Positions 18,663-31,564 of a stretch of DNA of 64,000 bases are shown piece after piece. A program made the position numbers and the translations under genes. The notes under the pieces are model-generated. The model searched no databases, had not been told where the DNA came from, and saw only the letters and a list, made by a program, of their open reading frames with translations. Where the stretch lies: the NCBI GenBank assembly GCA_964538945.1, contig CAZIGV010000013.1, forward strand, positions 12,148-76,147, given 5' to 3'. This stretch comes from an uncultured Hyphomonas sp. GTDB taxonomy: Bacteria; Pseudomonadota; Alphaproteobacteria; Caulobacterales; Hyphomonadaceae. The stretch's first letter is position 1, and every line of letters starts with the position of its first letter.

Positions 18663-19757
18663 ATGAGCAGTGCAATCGAGTCTTTGGGCGGCTTCTGGGG
18701 CCCGCTTCTGGTGCTCGGCCAGATCGGGCTGTTCACGCTCGTCCTGTTGCTGTCGATTGCCTTCCTCCTGCTGCTGGACCGCAAGGTCTGGGCAGGGGTG
18801 ATGATGCGCAAGGGCCCGAACGTGGTGGGACCCTTCGGCCTGTTTCAGTCCTTTGCCGATTTCGGGAAGTTCCTGCTCAAGGAGATCGTCATCCCGGCAG
18901 GGGCGAACAAGTTCGTCTTCATCTTCGCGCCGATCCTGACCTGCACGCTCGCCTTTGCCGCCTGGGCGGCCATTCCGGTTGCGGCCGGGACGGAGGCGGG
19001 CACGAGCTGGGTGGTTGCCGACCTGAATGTCGGTATCCTCTACCTGTTCGCGATCAGCTCGCTCGGCGTCTATGGCATCATCATGGGCGGCTGGGCATCG
19101 AACTCGAAGTATCCTTTTCTCGGCGCCCTGCGCTCGGCGGCCCAGATGGTCTCCTATGAGGTCTCGATCGGACTGGTGATCATCACAGTCATTCTCCTGG
19201 TCGGCTCGATGAACCTCAGCGATATCGTCAATAACCAGGCCGGCGGCATCCAGAACTGGCACGCGTTCAGCTTCCAGAACTTCCCGCTGATCCTCGTCAT
19301 GTTTCCGATGTTCGTGATCTTCTTCATCTCGGCCCTGGCAGAGACCAACCGGCCGCCCTTCGACCTGCCCGAGGCGGAGTCCGAACTGGTCGCCGGATAT
19401 CAGGTGGAGTACGGCTCGACGCCCTACCTCCTCTTCATGCTGGGTGAGTATCTCAACATCGTGCTGATGTGCGCGATGATGACGATCCTCTTCCTCGGCG
19501 GCTGGCATGGCCCGGTGGCGATCGGCGCAGGGCTTACCGGCCAGCTTCCCCCGCTGCTGATCAGCCTGGCCGGCCTGTTCTGGTTCATGCTGAAAGTGCT
19601 GTTCTGTTTCTTCCTCTTCGCCATGGTGAAGGCCATCGTACCGCGTTACCGGTATGATCAGCTGATGCGCCTGGGCTGGAAGATCTTCCTGCCAACCGCG
19701 CTCGCTGCCGTCATTGCGGTGGCGGGCTATGTGACTTACTTCGGAGTTCAGGCATGA
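18663..19757 (+). CDS. nuoH: NADH-quinone oxidoreductase subunit H
   Basis: [52 protein letters not shown]. Confidence 0.97.
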   Translation: MSSAIESLGGFWGPLLVLGQIGLFTLVLLLSIAFLLLLDRKVWAGVMMRKGPNVVGPFGLFQSFADFGKFLLKEIVIPAGANKFVFIFAPILTCTLAFAAWAAIPVAAGTEAGTSWVVADLNVGILYLFAISSLGVYGIIMGGWASNSKYPFLGALRSAAQMVSYEVSIGLVIITVILLVGSMNLSDIVNNQAGGIQNWHAFSFQNFPLILVMFPMFVIFFISALAETNRPPFDLPEAESELVAGYQVEYGSTPYLLFMLGEYLNIVLMCAMMTILFLGGWHGPVAIGAGLTGQLPPLLISLAGLFWFMLKVLFCFFLFAMVKAIVPRYRYDQLMRLGWKIFLPTALAAVIAVAGYVTYFGVQA

Positions 19758-20239
19758 GCCTCGCGCAAACCCTTCGCGGCGCCCTGCTGACGGATTTCCT
19801 CGGCGCCTTCTGGGTCGCCCTGAAGGAGATGGTCCGCCGCAAGCCGACCGTGAACTATCCGTTCGAGAAGAACCCTCTCTCGCCGCGTTTTCGCGGCGAA
19901 CACGCGCTTCGCCGGTATCCGAGCGGAGAAGAGCGCTGCATCGCGTGCAAGCTCTGCGAGGCGATCTGCCCGGCGCAGGCCATCACGATTGAAGCAGAGC
20001 CGCGCGAAGACGGCGCCCGCCGCACCACACGGTATGATATCGACATGGTGAAGTGCATCTATTGCGGCTTCTGCCAGGAGGCCTGCCCGGTCGATGCCAT
20101 CGTCGAGGGTCCGAACTTCGAATTCGCAACCGAGACCCGGGAGGAGCTGTTCTATGACAAGGAGCGCCTTCTCGCGAATGGCGACCGTTGGGAGCGGCTC
20201 ATCGCCAAGAACCTAGAGCTGGACGCGCCTTACCGATAG
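19754..20239 (+). CDS. nuoI: NADH-quinone oxidoreductase subunit I
   Basis: Two 4Fe-4S motifs, [12 protein letters not shown] and [12 protein letters not shown]. Confidence 0.97.
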   Translation: MSLAQTLRGALLTDFLGAFWVALKEMVRRKPTVNYPFEKNPLSPRFRGEHALRRYPSGEERCIACKLCEAICPAQAITIEAEPREDGARRTTRYDIDMVKCIYCGFCQEACPVDAIVEGPNFEFATETREELFYDKERLLANGDRWERLIAKNLELDAPYR

Positions 20240-20309
20240 CGCGCGCCAAAACACCAACACAGACCGGCCGGCGAGGGGCGCCTCCGGAACAGCAAGGGGC
20301 GAGACGGCA

Positions 20310-20903
20310 GTGGCACTGATCGCATTTGGTTTGATCGCGGCCGTCGTGATCCTGTCGGCGGTGTTTGTCATTGCCGCCCGCAATCCGGTACACTCCGTGC
20401 TCTGGCTGATCCTGGCCTTCTTCTCCTCAGCCGGACTGTTCCTGCTGATCGGGGCCGAATTCCTGGCGATGCTGCTGGTGGTCGTCTATGTTGGCGCCGT
20501 CGCCGTCCTTTTCCTCTTTGTCGTGATGATGCTTGATGTCGATTTCGTCGAGCTCAAGCAGGGAACGCTGCGCTACTGGCCCTTCGCGCTGCTGGTCGGC
20601 CTTATCTTCCTGGCCGAGCTGGCACTGGTCTGGACGGCCGGTATCGATATCAGCCTCGATACGTTTGATCCCTCGCCCGGCGCTGATACCAATACCGAAG
20701 CGATCGGGCGGGTCATGTATACGCAATACCTGCTCCTGTTCCAGCTGGCGGGCGGGATCCTGCTGGTCGCGATGATCGGTGCGATCGTCCTGACGCTGCG
20801 CCATCGCCCGCACGTCCGGCGTCAGGATGTTGGCAGGCAGACCGGCCGGCGGCGTGCGGATGCTATCGAGATGAAAGACCCGGCGCCGGGGCAGGGGATC
20901 TGA
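20310..20903 (+). CDS. nuoJ: NADH-quinone oxidoreductase subunit J
   Basis: [37 protein letters not shown]. Confidence 0.96.
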   Translation: MALIAFGLIAAVVILSAVFVIAARNPVHSVLWLILAFFSSAGLFLLIGAEFLAMLLVVVYVGAVAVLFLFVVMMLDVDFVELKQGTLRYWPFALLVGLIFLAELALVWTAGIDISLDTFDPSPGADTNTEAIGRVMYTQYLLLFQLAGGILLVAMIGAIVLTLRHRPHVRRQDVGRQTGRRRADAIEMKDPAPGQGI

Positions 20904-20904
20904 C

Positions 20905-21216
20905 ATGGCTGAACTTGGCATCTCTCACTACCTGATGGTTTCGTCGGCGCTGTTCACGGTCGGCGTGGTCGGCATCTTCGTGAACCGCAAGAACATCATC
21001 GTCATTCTCATGGCGCTCGAGCTGATCCTGCTCTCGGTAAACCTCAACCTCGTTGCCTTCTCGGTCTTTACCGGAACCATCCAGGGACAGATCTTTGCGA
21101 TGCTGGTGCTGACCGTTGCGGCGGCTGAGGCGGCCGTCGGACTGGCGATCCTCGTCGTCTATTTCCGGAACCGAAGGGACATCTCGGTCGAGAATGTCGA
21201 CCTGATGAAAGGCTGA
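20905..21216 (+). CDS. nuoK: NADH-quinone oxidoreductase subunit K
   Basis: [27 protein letters not shown]. Confidence 0.96.
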   Translation: MAELGISHYLMVSSALFTVGVVGIFVNRKNIIVILMALELILLSVNLNLVAFSVFTGTIQGQIFAMLVLTVAAAEAAVGLAILVVYFRNRRDISVENVDLMKG

Positions 21217-21223
21217 CACCAGA

Positions 21224-23395
21224 ATGCTTCCGGATTACCTTCTGATCTATATCGTCCTGGCGCCCGGCTTTGCGGCGCTGACCGGCCTGATCCACAAATG
21301 GATCGGCGAGCGCGCCGTCATGACCGTGACGACCGGGGTTGTGCTTTCGGCCGGTGCCCTGTCGCTCTACCAGCTGTTCGCCTATGTCGCCGGGCTCGGT
21401 CACGCCGCCGGGGCCGCGCAGCATGCCGGGTTTGATGCCTATCTGACCGCCGGCGCCGCCGCCCCAGCGGTCGAACTCAGGCAGCATATCATCACGCTGA
21501 TGCCCTGGATTCATGTCGGCGACTTCCAGGCGAACTGGGCCATCCGGGTCGATACGCTCTCAATTGTCATGATGGCGGTGATCACCGGCGTCTCCGGTCT
21601 CGTGCACCTTTATTCCTGGGGATATATGAGCGAAGAGCCGCACAAGGCGCGCTTCTTTGCCTACCTCTCGCTGTTCACCTTCATGATGCTGATGCTGGTG
21701 GTGGCGGACAATTTCATTCAGCTCTTCTTCGGCTGGGAGGGCGTGGGCCTGGCGTCCTACCTGCTGATCGGTTTCTGGTACAGGAAGAAGGCGCCGAACG
21801 ACGCCTCGATCAAGGCATTCGTCACCAATCGTGTGGGCGACTTCGGCCTAGCTCTCGGCATTATGGCCGTCTTCTTCATGTTCCGCTCGGTCGAGTTCGC
21901 TCCGGTGCTCGAAGCCATCCGCAGCAATCACGTGATTACCCCATACGCATTTGCCGAACCCTTGCCGGCGCGCGAGTCGGTTATCGTGTTCTTCGGCGAG
22001 CGTATTTATGCGCTGGAGCTGATCGGCATCCTTCTGTTCATCGGCGCGATGGGCAAGTCCGCGCAGCTCTTCCTGCATGTCTGGCTACCAGACGCGATGG
22101 AGGGCCCGACGCCTGTTTCGGCCCTGATCCATGCGGCGACCATGGTGACCGCAGGCGTCTACCTCGTCTGTCTCCTGTCGCCTCTGTTCGAGTACACGGT
22201 CTACGCCTCGGGAATGGTGGCGCTCGTCGGTGCGCTCACCGCGCTCTATGCGGCCACCGTCGGCATGGCCCAGAACGACATCAAGCGCGTGATCGCCTAT
22301 TCGACCTGTTCCCAGCTCGGCTACATGTTCTTTGCAGCCGGTATTGGTGCCTACGAAGCCGCGATGTTCCACCTGTTCACGCACGCCTTCTTCAAGGCGC
22401 TGCTGTTCCTTGGCGCCGGCTCGGTGATCCACGGCATGCATCATGAGCAGGACATGCGCCGGATGGGTGGCCTTGCGAGGTTCATGCCGCTGACCTATGC
22501 TGCCATGCTGATCGGCACGATTGCCATCATCGGCCTCGGCATCCCGCACACTAAGATCGGCTTCTCCGGCTTCTTCTCCAAAGACGCGGTCCTCGAGAGC
22601 AGCTTTGCGGCGGGCACGGCCGGTGTGTCCTTTGCGGAGACCGCTTTCTGGTTCGGCCTGGTCGCCGCTTTCCTGACCAGTTTCTATTCATGGCGGCTTA
22701 TCTACATGACCTTCCACGGGCCTCTGCCGCATGCGGCTGAGGAAGATCACGGGCATAGCCCTGCCGGTCATGGGCCAGCTCATGACGCCCGGGGCGATGA
22801 GGATCATGGCCATGCCCACGCGGCCACGCCGCATGAAAGCCCGGTTGTGATGCTGATCCCGCTGGCGCTTCTCAGCCTCGGCGCGATCTTCGCCGGCGTC
22901 TATTTCTATGATGCCTTCGTCGACGGACAGAATGAGACGTTCTGGGCCGGCAGCCTCTACCGCGCGGCCGAAAATCATGTGCTGCACGACCGGCACGACG
23001 TGCCCGAATGGGTGCTGTGGGCGCCGCTGGGCGTCACACTCGGCGGCTTCCTCATTGCGACGTTCACCTATTTCTTCAATCGCGGTGTCGGGGCCCGGAT
23101 TGCGGCCAGCGGTGGTCCGCTGCACGCCCTGTTCTCCAACAAGTGGTATTTCGACGAGATCTACCAGGCGACCCTGGTGCGTGGCTCTGCCCTCCTGGGG
23201 AACCTGTTCTGGAAGGCCGACAAGAAAGTCATCGACGCCATCGGGCCTGACGGGCTTGCCCGGCTCGCCGGCATCAGCGCGCGCGGTCTGTCGCGCCTGC
23301 ATTCCGGGTATCTTTATCATTATGCCTTCGTGATCATCGGAGCTGCCATTCTCTTCGGTGCCATCATCTGGCTGCGTTCGGGAGGGGTCAGCTAA
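21224..23395 (+). CDS. nuoL: NADH-quinone oxidoreductase subunit L
   Basis: [58 protein letters not shown]. Confidence 0.97.
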   Translation: MLPDYLLIYIVLAPGFAALTGLIHKWIGERAVMTVTTGVVLSAGALSLYQLFAYVAGLGHAAGAAQHAGFDAYLTAGAAAPAVELRQHIITLMPWIHVGDFQANWAIRVDTLSIVMMAVITGVSGLVHLYSWGYMSEEPHKARFFAYLSLFTFMMLMLVVADNFIQLFFGWEGVGLASYLLIGFWYRKKAPNDASIKAFVTNRVGDFGLALGIMAVFFMFRSVEFAPVLEAIRSNHVITPYAFAEPLPARESVIVFFGERIYALELIGILLFIGAMGKSAQLFLHVWLPDAMEGPTPVSALIHAATMVTAGVYLVCLLSPLFEYTVYASGMVALVGALTALYAATVGMAQNDIKRVIAYSTCSQLGYMFFAAGIGAYEAAMFHLFTHAFFKALLFLGAGSVIHGMHHEQDMRRMGGLARFMPLTYAAMLIGTIAIIGLGIPHTKIGFSGFFSKDAVLESSFAAGTAGVSFAETAFWFGLVAAFLTSFYSWRLIYMTFHGPLPHAAEEDHGHSPAGHGPAHDARGDEDHGHAHAATPHESPVVMLIPLALLSLGAIFAGVYFYDAFVDGQNETFWAGSLYRAAENHVLHDRHDVPEWVLWAPLGVTLGGFLIATFTYFFNRGVGARIAASGGPLHALFSNKWYFDEIYQATLVRGSALLGNLFWKADKKVIDAIGPDGLARLAGISARGLSRLHSGYLYHYAFVIIGAAILFGAIIWLRSGGVS

Positions 23396-24897
23396 TGGGC
23401 GGTTTCCCGATCCTCTCGGTCATGACGTTCCTGCCGCTGGCAGGGGCATTGCTCGTCCTGCTTGTGCGTTCAGCGACCTCCGGAAGCGGCCGCGGCGAGA
23501 CGAGTGCGCAGGCGCGCAAGGCGGTCCTGCTGGCGGCGTTCATCATCTCGGCGGCAACCTTTGCGGCCTCGCTCGCCGCCTTCGCGGCTTTCGACCCTTC
23601 GGTCAGCGGCTACCAGCTGGTTGAGCAATATGCCTGGTACGGACCCATCACCTACAAGCTGGGCGTCGACAGCCTGTCCCTGTCGCTGATCCTGCTGACG
23701 ACCTTCCTCACCCCGATCTGCCTGATCGCGAGCTGGAACTCGATCGAGAAGCGCGTGACCGAATATGTCGTCGCCTTCCTCGTCCTCGAAACCTTCATGA
23801 TCGGTGTGTTTGTCGCGCTGGATCTGGTCCTGTTCTATATCTTCTTCGAGGCCGGCCTGATCCCGATGTTCCTGATCGTCGGCATCTGGGGCGGCAAGGA
23901 CCGCATCTATGCCGCGTTCAAGTTCTTCCTCTACACGCTGATCGGTTCCCTGCTGATGCTGATCGCGATGGTCTTCATGATCCTTGCGGCGGGTTCGGCG
24001 GATTTCGAAGTGCTCGAGAGCTACGCCTTTGCACCGGAGGTTCAGACCTGGCTCTGGCTGGCCTTCATGGCGTCCTTCGCCGTCAAGCTGCCGATGTGGC
24101 CGGTGCATACCTGGCTGCCGGACGCGCACGTGCAGGCACCGACCGCCGGTTCGGTGATCCTTGCCGGCGTGCTGCTCAAGATGGGCGGCTATGGCATGCT
24201 TCGCTTCTCTCTGCCGATGTTCCCGGATGCCAGCGCCCTGTTCCAGCCGGCGATGTTTGCACTGGCCGTGATCGCCATCGTCTACACTTCGCTGGTTGCC
24301 TGGCGCCAGAGCGACATGAAGAAGCTGATTGCCTACTCCTCGGTCGCCCATATGGGCTTTGTCACGCTTGGAATCTTTGCGTTCAACGAAACCGGTGTGC
24401 AGGGCGCGATCTTCCAGATGCTGAGCCACGGCCTGATATCCGGCGCCCTGTTCCTGATTGTCGGCGTTGTCTATGACCGCATGCACACAAGGGAGATTGC
24501 GGCCTATGGCGGTCTCGTTAGCCGTATGCCGATCTATGCTTCCTTCTTCATGCTGTTCACCATGGCAAATGTCGGTCTTCCCGGAACCAGCGGATTTGTC
24601 GGCGAGATCCTGACCATGGTCGGCGGCTTTCAGGCGGCGACCTGGGCGGCGGCCGGGGCGGCGCTCGGCGTCATTTTTTCGGCCGTCTACATGCTGACCC
24701 TGTACCGCCGCGTCACATTCGGAGAGATCGTCAACCCGCACCTGAACGACATCAGAGACATGAACCTTGTTGAATGGGTCTGTATCGCCCCGCTCGCCGG
24801 GCTGACGATCCTGTTCGGTGTCGCGCCCAATCTCATTCTCGGGTTCACCGACAGCTCGGCGGCGCGGGTTCTGTCACTCATGGCCGGAGGTCAGTAG
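23395..24897 (+). CDS. nuoM: NADH-quinone oxidoreductase subunit M
   Basis: [41 protein letters not shown]. Confidence 0.97.
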   Translation: MGGFPILSVMTFLPLAGALLVLLVRSATSGSGRGETSAQARKAVLLAAFIISAATFAASLAAFAAFDPSVSGYQLVEQYAWYGPITYKLGVDSLSLSLILLTTFLTPICLIASWNSIEKRVTEYVVAFLVLETFMIGVFVALDLVLFYIFFEAGLIPMFLIVGIWGGKDRIYAAFKFFLYTLIGSLLMLIAMVFMILAAGSADFEVLESYAFAPEVQTWLWLAFMASFAVKLPMWPVHTWLPDAHVQAPTAGSVILAGVLLKMGGYGMLRFSLPMFPDASALFQPAMFALAVIAIVYTSLVAWRQSDMKKLIAYSSVAHMGFVTLGIFAFNETGVQGAIFQMLSHGLISGALFLIVGVVYDRMHTREIAAYGGLVSRMPIYASFFMLFTMANVGLPGTSGFVGEILTMVGGFQAATWAAAGAALGVIFSAVYMLTLYRRVTFGEIVNPHLNDIRDMNLVEWVCIAPLAGLTILFGVAPNLILGFTDSSAARVLSLMAGGQ

Positions 24898-24900
24898 ATC

Positions 24901-26334
24901 ATGCTGGACATCACTGCCATCCTGATGACCGTAGCGCCGGAAGTGCTGCTTGCCTTTGCGGGCCTGGCCGGCGTGTTGCTGGGCGCGGTCCTCGCCGAGC
25001 GGTTCAATTCCCTGTCGTTCAAGTTCGCCGCCCTGTCCCTCCTGGGCGCAGCCGCGCTCGCAGGCCTGCATCTGCACGGCGGTGAAGCCTTCAACGGTCT
25101 GGTGCGCACCAACAGCTTCGTGAATTTCACCAAGGTGATCTGTTACGTGCTGGCCGCGGCTGCGCTGCTGATTTCCGAAGGTTTCCTGAAGCGCCATGGG
25201 ACCAGCCGGTACGAATACGCCCTGCTGACGCTGTTCGCGAGCCTTGGCATGGGGGTGATCCTGTCGGCCGCCGATCTGATGACCCTGTATATGGGTATCG
25301 AAACCCTCAGCCTGTCGTCTTACGTCCTGGCCGCCTTCCACCGCGACTCGGCGCGCTCGTCCGAAGCAGGGCTCAAATATTTCGTTCTCGGCGCCCTGGC
25401 CTCCGGCATGTTCCTCTACGGTGCCTCCCTGGTCTACGGGTTCACAGGCACGACGTCCTTCGCCGGGATCGCCGCTGCCGATCTGACAACCGGCGCCCTG
25501 TTCGGCATGGTGCTGATGATCGTCGGACTGGCGTTCAAGATTTCCGCGGCGCCGATGCACGTCTGGACGCCGGACGTTTACGAAGGCGCCCCGACGGCCG
25601 TGGTGGCGTTTTTCGCGTCAGCGCCGAAGATGGCTTCGACCGTCGTCTTTGCAAACATCCTCTTCACCGTTTTCGGATCGGCGCTGATGCAATGGCAGCT
25701 GATCGTCTCGATCATTGCCGGCCTGTCGATGATCATTGGCTCGCTCGGTGCCCTGCTGCAGAACAACATCAAGCGACTGCTGGGCTATTCTTCCATTGCC
25801 AATGTCGGCTACGCGCTCGTCGCGGTGGCGGCGGGTCAGCAGTTTGGGGCGTCGGCCCTCCTGACCTTCTCCACCATCTACGCGGTCTCGACGCTGGGTC
25901 TGTTCGCCGGTGTCCTGGCCATGCGTCGCCGCGGAGGCATGGTCGAGGGCATATCCGAGCTCGCAGGCCTCGGCCGCAACAGGCCCGTCCTGGCGGTGAT
26001 GCTCTCTGTCCTGATCCTGTCAATCGCCGGCCTGCCCCCCTTCGGCGGCTTCTTCGGCAAGTATGAAGTTCTGCGTGCGGGGGTTGAGGCCGACCTTGTT
26101 GCCCTCGCCATACTGGTTGTCATCGCCTCGGTGATCTCTCTGGGCTATTATCTGAAGCTGATAAAGATCATGTGGTTTGATGAGCCGACGGAGCGGTTTG
26201 AAAGGGTAGATATCTCGGTCATGAGTACGGTCGTGATCAGCGCCGTTATGGTGGGTGTTGTCTTCATGGTGTTTATCAGCGAGCTCGGGACCGGCGGCTG
26301 GGCAAGTTATGCAGCGGCAGGGCTTTCCCGTTGA
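24901..26334 (+). CDS. nuoN: NADH-quinone oxidoreductase subunit N
   Basis: [35 protein letters not shown]. Confidence 0.96.
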   Translation: MLDITAILMTVAPEVLLAFAGLAGVLLGAVLAERFNSLSFKFAALSLLGAAALAGLHLHGGEAFNGLVRTNSFVNFTKVICYVLAAAALLISEGFLKRHGTSRYEYALLTLFASLGMGVILSAADLMTLYMGIETLSLSSYVLAAFHRDSARSSEAGLKYFVLGALASGMFLYGASLVYGFTGTTSFAGIAAADLTTGALFGMVLMIVGLAFKISAAPMHVWTPDVYEGAPTAVVAFFASAPKMASTVVFANILFTVFGSALMQWQLIVSIIAGLSMIIGSLGALLQNNIKRLLGYSSIANVGYALVAVAAGQQFGASALLTFSTIYAVSTLGLFAGVLAMRRRGGMVEGISELAGLGRNRPVLAVMLSVLILSIAGLPPFGGFFGKYEVLRAGVEADLVALAILVVIASVISLGYYLKLIKIMWFDEPTERFERVDISVMSTVVISAVMVGVVFMVFISELGTGGWASYAAAGLSR

Positions 26335-27062
26335 GCCAGGACTGGCCCGTTTACAGGATGGGCACCCTCGACAGCACCAATACAGAAGCCAGGCGGCGGG
26401 TTGTGCAGGGCTTTGCGGATCAGTGGATCATTGCCGGGCAGCAGACGGCGGGCCGGGGCAGGCAGGATCACCACTGGGTGTCTCCGGCGGGCAATGTCTA
26501 TGCCACGGCATTGTTCCGGGAGCCCGGCGGTCTGACGGTCGCGCTGCGCGTGCCGTTTGCTGCCGCGCTGGCGGTAAGCGACGTGGTGCGGGTGCATGCG
26601 CCTTTGGCGGATGCCCGTCTGAAATGGCCCAATGATGTGCGCATAGACCGCCGGAAAGTCTCAGGCATCCTTGTCGAGACGGGCAGTTCAGGCGCCGATT
26701 TCTGGATCGCGGCGGGCATTGGCCTGAATGTCCTGCAATTGCCGCCGGATGTCGGGCAGCCGGCGACCAGCCTGCTGGAGCTCGGCATGTCCGCGGGCAC
26801 ACGTCTCGAAGCCGTTTTCGACACCTTGCGCGGCGCCTTTGCAGATCGCCTCGCGCAGGCCCGTAAAGGCTTCTCCGACATCCGCCGGACCTGGCTTGAA
26901 CGGGCAGAAGGCCTGGGAGAGACCGTTCATGTTCGCGCCGGAGACATTGAAACGCATGGCATTTTCGAGGATCTGGAGCCTGATGGGGCGCTGGTGCTGC
27001 GATTGCCCGATGGATCGCGGCGTTCCATAAGGGCCGGCGAAGTAGAAATCCGCAGGAGCTGA
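26331..27062 (+). CDS. birA: Biotin--[acetyl-CoA-carboxylase] ligase (class I, no HTH)
   Basis: [32 protein letters not shown]. Confidence 0.94.
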   Translation: MSQDWPVYRMGTLDSTNTEARRRVVQGFADQWIIAGQQTAGRGRQDHHWVSPAGNVYATALFREPGGLTVALRVPFAAALAVSDVVRVHAPLADARLKWPNDVRIDRRKVSGILVETGSSGADFWIAAGIGLNVLQLPPDVGQPATSLLELGMSAGTRLEAVFDTLRGAFADRLAQARKGFSDIRRTWLERAEGLGETVHVRAGDIETHGIFEDLEPDGALVLRLPDGSRRSIRAGEVEIRRS

Positions 27063-27068
27063 GGCAAG

Positions 27069-27836
27069 ATGCTGCTCGCAATTGACGTTGGCAACACCAA
27101 TACCGTTTTCGCCCTGCATGACGAAGACAACTGGGTCCATAGCTGGCGCAGTGCCACGGATTCTACAAAAACAGCGGATGACCACGCCTCCTGGTTGTGG
27201 CGCCTGGCCGATATGCACGGTGTGGATCTGTCACGGACTGAAGGCTGCGTGATCTCGACGGTCGTGCCGCAGGCGCAGTTCAATTTCCGTACCCTTGCCC
27301 GTCGCTATCTGAATGTCGACCCCATGTTCATCGGCGATCCGGGGCTGAAAACCGGTGTCGAACTGCGTGTCCGCCATCCCGAACAGGTCGGTGCCGACAG
27401 GATCGCCTCGGCCCTCGGTGCGCATATCAAGTATCCGGGCAATCTGATTGTCATCGACAGCGGCACGGCGACGACACTTGATGTGGTGGCCGCAGACGGC
27501 GCCTTCGAAGGAGGCATCATCTCGCCCGGCATCTACCTCTCGATGCGCGCCCTGCACGAGGCGGCGGCGCAGCTTCCCCGGATCGCGATCCAGAAACCGG
27601 CCCGGGTCATCGGTAAGGATACGGTGTCGGCCATGCAGTCGGGCGTTTTCCTCGGCTATATTGAACTGATTGACGGGCTCGTGCGCAGGGTGAAGGCGGA
27701 GTATGGTAAACCGATGACGGTCGTTGCCACCGGCGGCGTTGCGTCTCTCTTCGAAGGCGCGAGCGAGACAATTGACCATTATGATCAGGATGTCCTGATC
27801 CGCGGTCTGCTCGAAATATGGAAACGGAACCGATAG
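27069..27836 (+). CDS. coaX: Type III pantothenate kinase
   Basis: [32 protein letters not shown]. Confidence 0.94.
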   Translation: MLLAIDVGNTNTVFALHDEDNWVHSWRSATDSTKTADDHASWLWRLADMHGVDLSRTEGCVISTVVPQAQFNFRTLARRYLNVDPMFIGDPGLKTGVELRVRHPEQVGADRIASALGAHIKYPGNLIVIDSGTATTLDVVAADGAFEGGIISPGIYLSMRALHEAAAQLPRIAIQKPARVIGKDTVSAMQSGVFLGYIELIDGLVRRVKAEYGKPMTVVATGGVASLFEGASETIDHYDQDVLIRGLLEIWKRNR

Positions 27837-27842
27837 ACCCTG

Positions 27843-29528
27843 ATGCCCGACAGCGCCGCGTACACAGACGAACTGGTCTTCCTGCCGCTCGGCGGCTGCG
27901 GCGAGATCGGCATGAACCTCAATGCCTATGGCTATGGCCCGGCAGAGGCGCGCCGGTGGATCATCGTGGATGTGGGCGTCACGTTTGGCGGACCGGATAC
28001 GCCGGGTATCGACCTGATCTGCGCGGATCCGGCTTATCTGACAGGCGAGCAGATCGACGCCGTCTTCCTGACCCATGCCCATGAGGACCATATCGGTGCC
28101 ATCGCCCTGCTATACCCGCTGCTGCGCACCCGGGCGCCGATCTACGCAACCCCGTTCACCGCTGAGCTCGTGCGGGCCAAGATGCAGGAGCGGGGCCTCG
28201 ACACCCGGCTGCTGAAAACCGTCCCGCTCGGCGCCGCGCTCGAGGCCGGGCCTTTTTCGGTCCGCTACATGACGCTCACCCATTCGATCCCGGAGCCGAA
28301 CGCGCTGGCGATCGATACGCCGACCGGCATGATCCTGCATACCGGTGACTGGAAGATCGATCCGGAGCCGCTGATCGGGGAGCGTACGGATATCGACGGG
28401 CTGAAGGCCCTTGGAGATCGCGGCGTCCTGGCCATGGTCTGCGATTCGACCAATGTGTTCGAAGACGGCGAGGCCGGCTCTGAAGACAGTGTCCGCAAAG
28501 GCCTGATCGCGCTGATCGCGAAGCAGACCGGCGCGGTGGCCGTGACGACCTTCGCCTCGAACGTCGCCCGGGTAAGCTCCATCCTCGAAGCCGCGAGGCT
28601 TGCCGGGCGGGAAGTGTGCCTCGTCGGCAGGAGCATGCACAAGATCACCGCAGCGGCCAAAGCCGTCGGCATCCTGCCGCCCCGGCTTGAATTTGTCGAC
28701 GAAGCCGAGGCCGGGTACTTTCCGCCCGGGAATATCCTGTATCTGTGCACCGGCAGCCAGGGCGAGCCGAATGCGGCGCTGACGCGCATCGCGCGCGGCG
28801 ATCACCGGCACGTCACGCTGCGCCCGGACGATACGGTCATCTTTTCGTCCCGCCTGATTCCGGGCAATGAAACGCCGGTCTACGCGCTTCAGAACGCGCT
28901 GGCAGAGCAGGGGATCAGGATCATCACCCCGCGCATGGTGGCTGAGCCCATCCACGTCTCTGGCCACCCCTGCCGGGACGAGCTGCGGCGCATGTACCAA
29001 TGGGTCCGCCCCCGGATCGCCGTGCCCGTTCACGGCGAGCGCCGCCACATCATGGAGCACGCCGCCTATGCCAGATCGATGCAGGTCCAGCATGCGATCA
29101 CGCCGCGCAATGGCAGCCTGATCCGCCTGGCGCCGGGCGAGCCGGAGATCCTCGACGAAGTCCCGGCCGGTCGCCTGATGCTGGACGGGGCGCGTCTCGT
29201 GCCTGAGGCTGCAGAAGGGCTGATCGAGCGCCGCCGCCTGTCGGTGAGCGGCATCATCCTTGCGACCCTTTGTATCGATCATGCCGGCGATATCATCGAC
29301 GGGCCTGTCATCGCCGTGAAGGGCCTGTCGGAGACCGATGGCCGGATTGCCGAGGAGTCGCTCGAGCCGCTCGACGCCGCAGCCGTGAAGGCGTTCGAGA
29401 CCATCAAGCGGCGTGACCGGATGGATGACGAAGTGGTTGAGAAAATCGTCGGACGCGCGCTGCGCAAGGCGTGCGAAGTCGCGTTCGGTATCCGTCCGCT
29501 GATCGAAGTGATCGTACTAAGGAGCTAA
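27843..29528 (+). CDS. rnj: Ribonuclease J
   Basis: LGGCGEIGMN, THAHEDHIG, HSIPE, HTGDWKID, DSTN, GSQGEP, HVSGH, HGE. Confidence 0.95.
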   Translation: MPDSAAYTDELVFLPLGGCGEIGMNLNAYGYGPAEARRWIIVDVGVTFGGPDTPGIDLICADPAYLTGEQIDAVFLTHAHEDHIGAIALLYPLLRTRAPIYATPFTAELVRAKMQERGLDTRLLKTVPLGAALEAGPFSVRYMTLTHSIPEPNALAIDTPTGMILHTGDWKIDPEPLIGERTDIDGLKALGDRGVLAMVCDSTNVFEDGEAGSEDSVRKGLIALIAKQTGAVAVTTFASNVARVSSILEAARLAGREVCLVGRSMHKITAAAKAVGILPPRLEFVDEAEAGYFPPGNILYLCTGSQGEPNAALTRIARGDHRHVTLRPDDTVIFSSRLIPGNETPVYALQNALAEQGIRIITPRMVAEPIHVSGHPCRDELRRMYQWVRPRIAVPVHGERRHIMEHAAYARSMQVQHAITPRNGSLIRLAPGEPEILDEVPAGRLMLDGARLVPEAAEGLIERRRLSVSGIILATLCIDHAGDIIDGPVIAVKGLSETDGRIAEESLEPLDAAAVKAFETIKRRDRMDDEVVEKIVGRALRKACEVAFGIRPLIEVIVLRS

Positions 29529-29532
29529 GCCC

Positions 29533-29961
29533 ATGAGTGACTTCAGGATCGGCCCGCTGAACCATGTCGGCATTGCCGTGCCGGATATCGAACAGGCCTG
29601 CGAAACGTATCGCAGCCTCTACGGAGCCAGCGATATCACGACGCCATTCGACATGCCCGAACAGGGGGTCAGGGTCTGCTTCGTCAACCTGCCAAACAGC
29701 CAGATCGAGCTGATCGAGCCGCTCAGCGAGACCTCGCCGATTGCCAACTTCCTGAAGAAGAACCCGGCGGGCGGGCAGCATCATGTCTGTTTTGAAGTGG
29801 CCGATATCAACCAGGCGGTCACTGAGATGGAAAAGCGCGGTGCAACCGTTCTCGGCAAGCCCCGGATCGGGGCGCATGGGACGATGATCATCTTCGTACA
29901 CCCGAAGAACTCGAACGGCGTTCTGGTCGAGCTCATGGAAACACCGAAAGGGCATCACTGA
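29533..29961 (+). CDS. mce: Methylmalonyl-CoA epimerase
   Basis: LNHVGIAVPD, EQGVRV, IELIEPL, GGQHHVCFEV, GAHG, FVHPK, GVLVEL. Confidence 0.92.
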   Translation: MSDFRIGPLNHVGIAVPDIEQACETYRSLYGASDITTPFDMPEQGVRVCFVNLPNSQIELIEPLSETSPIANFLKKNPAGGQHHVCFEVADINQAVTEMEKRGATVLGKPRIGAHGTMIIFVHPKNSNGVLVELMETPKGHH

Positions 29962-30194
29962 TGGGTATTGCCAGCGCGACGATCGTGTTTGTCCTGGCCT
30001 GGTGGATCTGCTTCTTTGCGGTCCTGCCGATCGGTGTCCGGGGGCAGTGGGAAGACGGCTCGACCGTGCCAGGCACCGAAGAGGCCGCCCCCAGCAAGCC
30101 GATGCTCGGGAAGAAGGTGCTCTGGGCCTCCATCGGCGCGGCCATCATCACCGGCCTGGCCGGGCTGATCATTCCCCGCCTGCTTGCGCAGTAG
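29961..30194 (+). CDS. DUF1467-family small membrane protein
   Basis: WWICFFAVLPIGVRGQ...VPGT...AP...K. Conserved position between mce and proS. Confidence 0.75.
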   Translation: MGIASATIVFVLAWWICFFAVLPIGVRGQWEDGSTVPGTEEAAPSKPMLGKKVLWASIGAAIITGLAGLIIPRLLAQ

Positions 30195-30247
30195 CCGCCT
30201 GACCGGCTAGGTGAAGCCGGGTTCTGAAGCCTGAAAGAGAAACTGCC

Positions 30248-31564
30248 ATGCGCCTGTCGAATTATTTCCTGCCCGTTTCCAGGGAAGCGCCGGCGGACGC
30301 AGCGATTGTCTCCCACCAGCTGATGCTGCGCACGGGCATGATCCGCCAGAATGGCGCCGGTATCTATACCTGGCTGCCGCTCGGATACCGGGTCCTGAAG
30401 CGTATCGAGCAGATCGTGCGCGAGGAGATGAACCGGTCAGGCGCCATCGAACTGCTGATGCCGACCCTCCAGCAGGCCGACCTCTGGCGCGAATCCGGCC
30501 GCTACGAGGCTTATGGCGACGAGATGCTGCGCATCAAGGACCGGCACGACCGGGACTTGCTCTATGGTCCGACCAATGAAGAGCTGATCACGGATGTGTT
30601 CCGGGCCTATGTCAAAAGTTACAAGCAGCTGCCGCTCAACCTCTATCACCAGCAATGGAAGTTCCGCGACGAGCGTCGCCCGCGCTTCGGCGTGATGCGC
30701 GGGCGCGAATTCCTGATGAAGGACGCCTATTCCTTCGACCTGACCGAAGACGGCGCCCGCGCCGCTTATCGGCGGATGTTCTGTGCCTATCTCAACGCCT
30801 TCGACCGGATGGGCCTGACCGCCATTCCGATGCGCGCCGACACCGGCCCGATCGGCGGCGATCTCAGCCACGAATTCATCATTCTCGCCGACACGGGTGA
30901 AAGCGCCGTCTACTGCGACCGCGAGCTGCTGAACCTGCCGCCGCCAGGGCTTGATCTGGATTTCAGCAGCGACCTGACAGCCATTGTCGGGCAGCGCACG
31001 CGGTTCTACGCGGCGACTGAAGAGATGCACGACGCGGCCGCATTCGAGGCGCTGCCAGAGGACCGGCGCGTTTCGGCACGCGGGATAGAGGTTGGTCACA
31101 TCTTCTATTTCGGCACCAAGTATTCGGCGCCGATGAACGCGGTTGTTCAGGGTCCGGACGGTCAGATGGTTCCTGTGCAGATGGGAAGCTACGGTATCGG
31201 TGTTTCGCGCCTGGTCGGTGCCATCATCGAGGCCAGCCATGACGCGCAAGGCATCATCTGGCCTGATGCGGTCGCACCCTTCGCGGTCGGCATCATCAAC
31301 ATGCGTGCCGGCGACGGCGCCTGCGACGCGGCATGCGCGGCCCTGTACCAGCAGTTCGCGGATGCCGGGATCGAAGCTCTCTATGACGATACAGATGACC
31401 GGGCAGGGGCGAAGTTTGCGCGCATGGACCTGATTGGCCTGCCCTGGCAGATCGTGGTGGGGCCGAAAGGTCTCGAAAAGGGGGTTGTGGAACTGAAACG
31501 TCGCAGGTCTGGCGAGAAGGCTGAAATGACCGCCGGAGACGCGGTCCGGAGGGTTACGGGGTGA
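30248..31564 (+). CDS. proS: Proline--tRNA ligase (short form lacking the INS editing domain)
   Basis: [60 protein letters not shown]. 438 aa. Confidence 0.96.
   Translation: MRLSNYFLPVSREAPADAAIVSHQLMLRTGMIRQNGAGIYTWLPLGYRVLKRIEQIVREEMNRSGAIELLMPTLQQADLWRESGRYEAYGDEMLRIKDRHDRDLLYGPTNEELITDVFRAYVKSYKQLPLNLYHQQWKFRDERRPRFGVMRGREFLMKDAYSFDLTEDGARAAYRRMFCAYLNAFDRMGLTAIPMRADTGPIGGDLSHEFIILADTGESAVYCDRELLNLPPPGLDLDFSSDLTAIVGQRTRFYAATEEMHDAAAFEALPEDRRVSARGIEVGHIFYFGTKYSAPMNAVVQGPDGQMVPVQMGSYGIGVSRLVGAIIEASHDAQGIIWPDAVAPFAVGIINMRAGDGACDAACAALYQQFADAGIEALYDDTDDRAGAKFARMDLIGLPWQIVVGPKGLEKGVVELKRRRSGEKAEMTAGDAVRRVTG

Noticed and set aside
20240-20309. 70-bp nuoI-nuoJ gap as a regulatory RNA
   Set aside because: No convincing stem-loop, terminator or promoter motif by eye.
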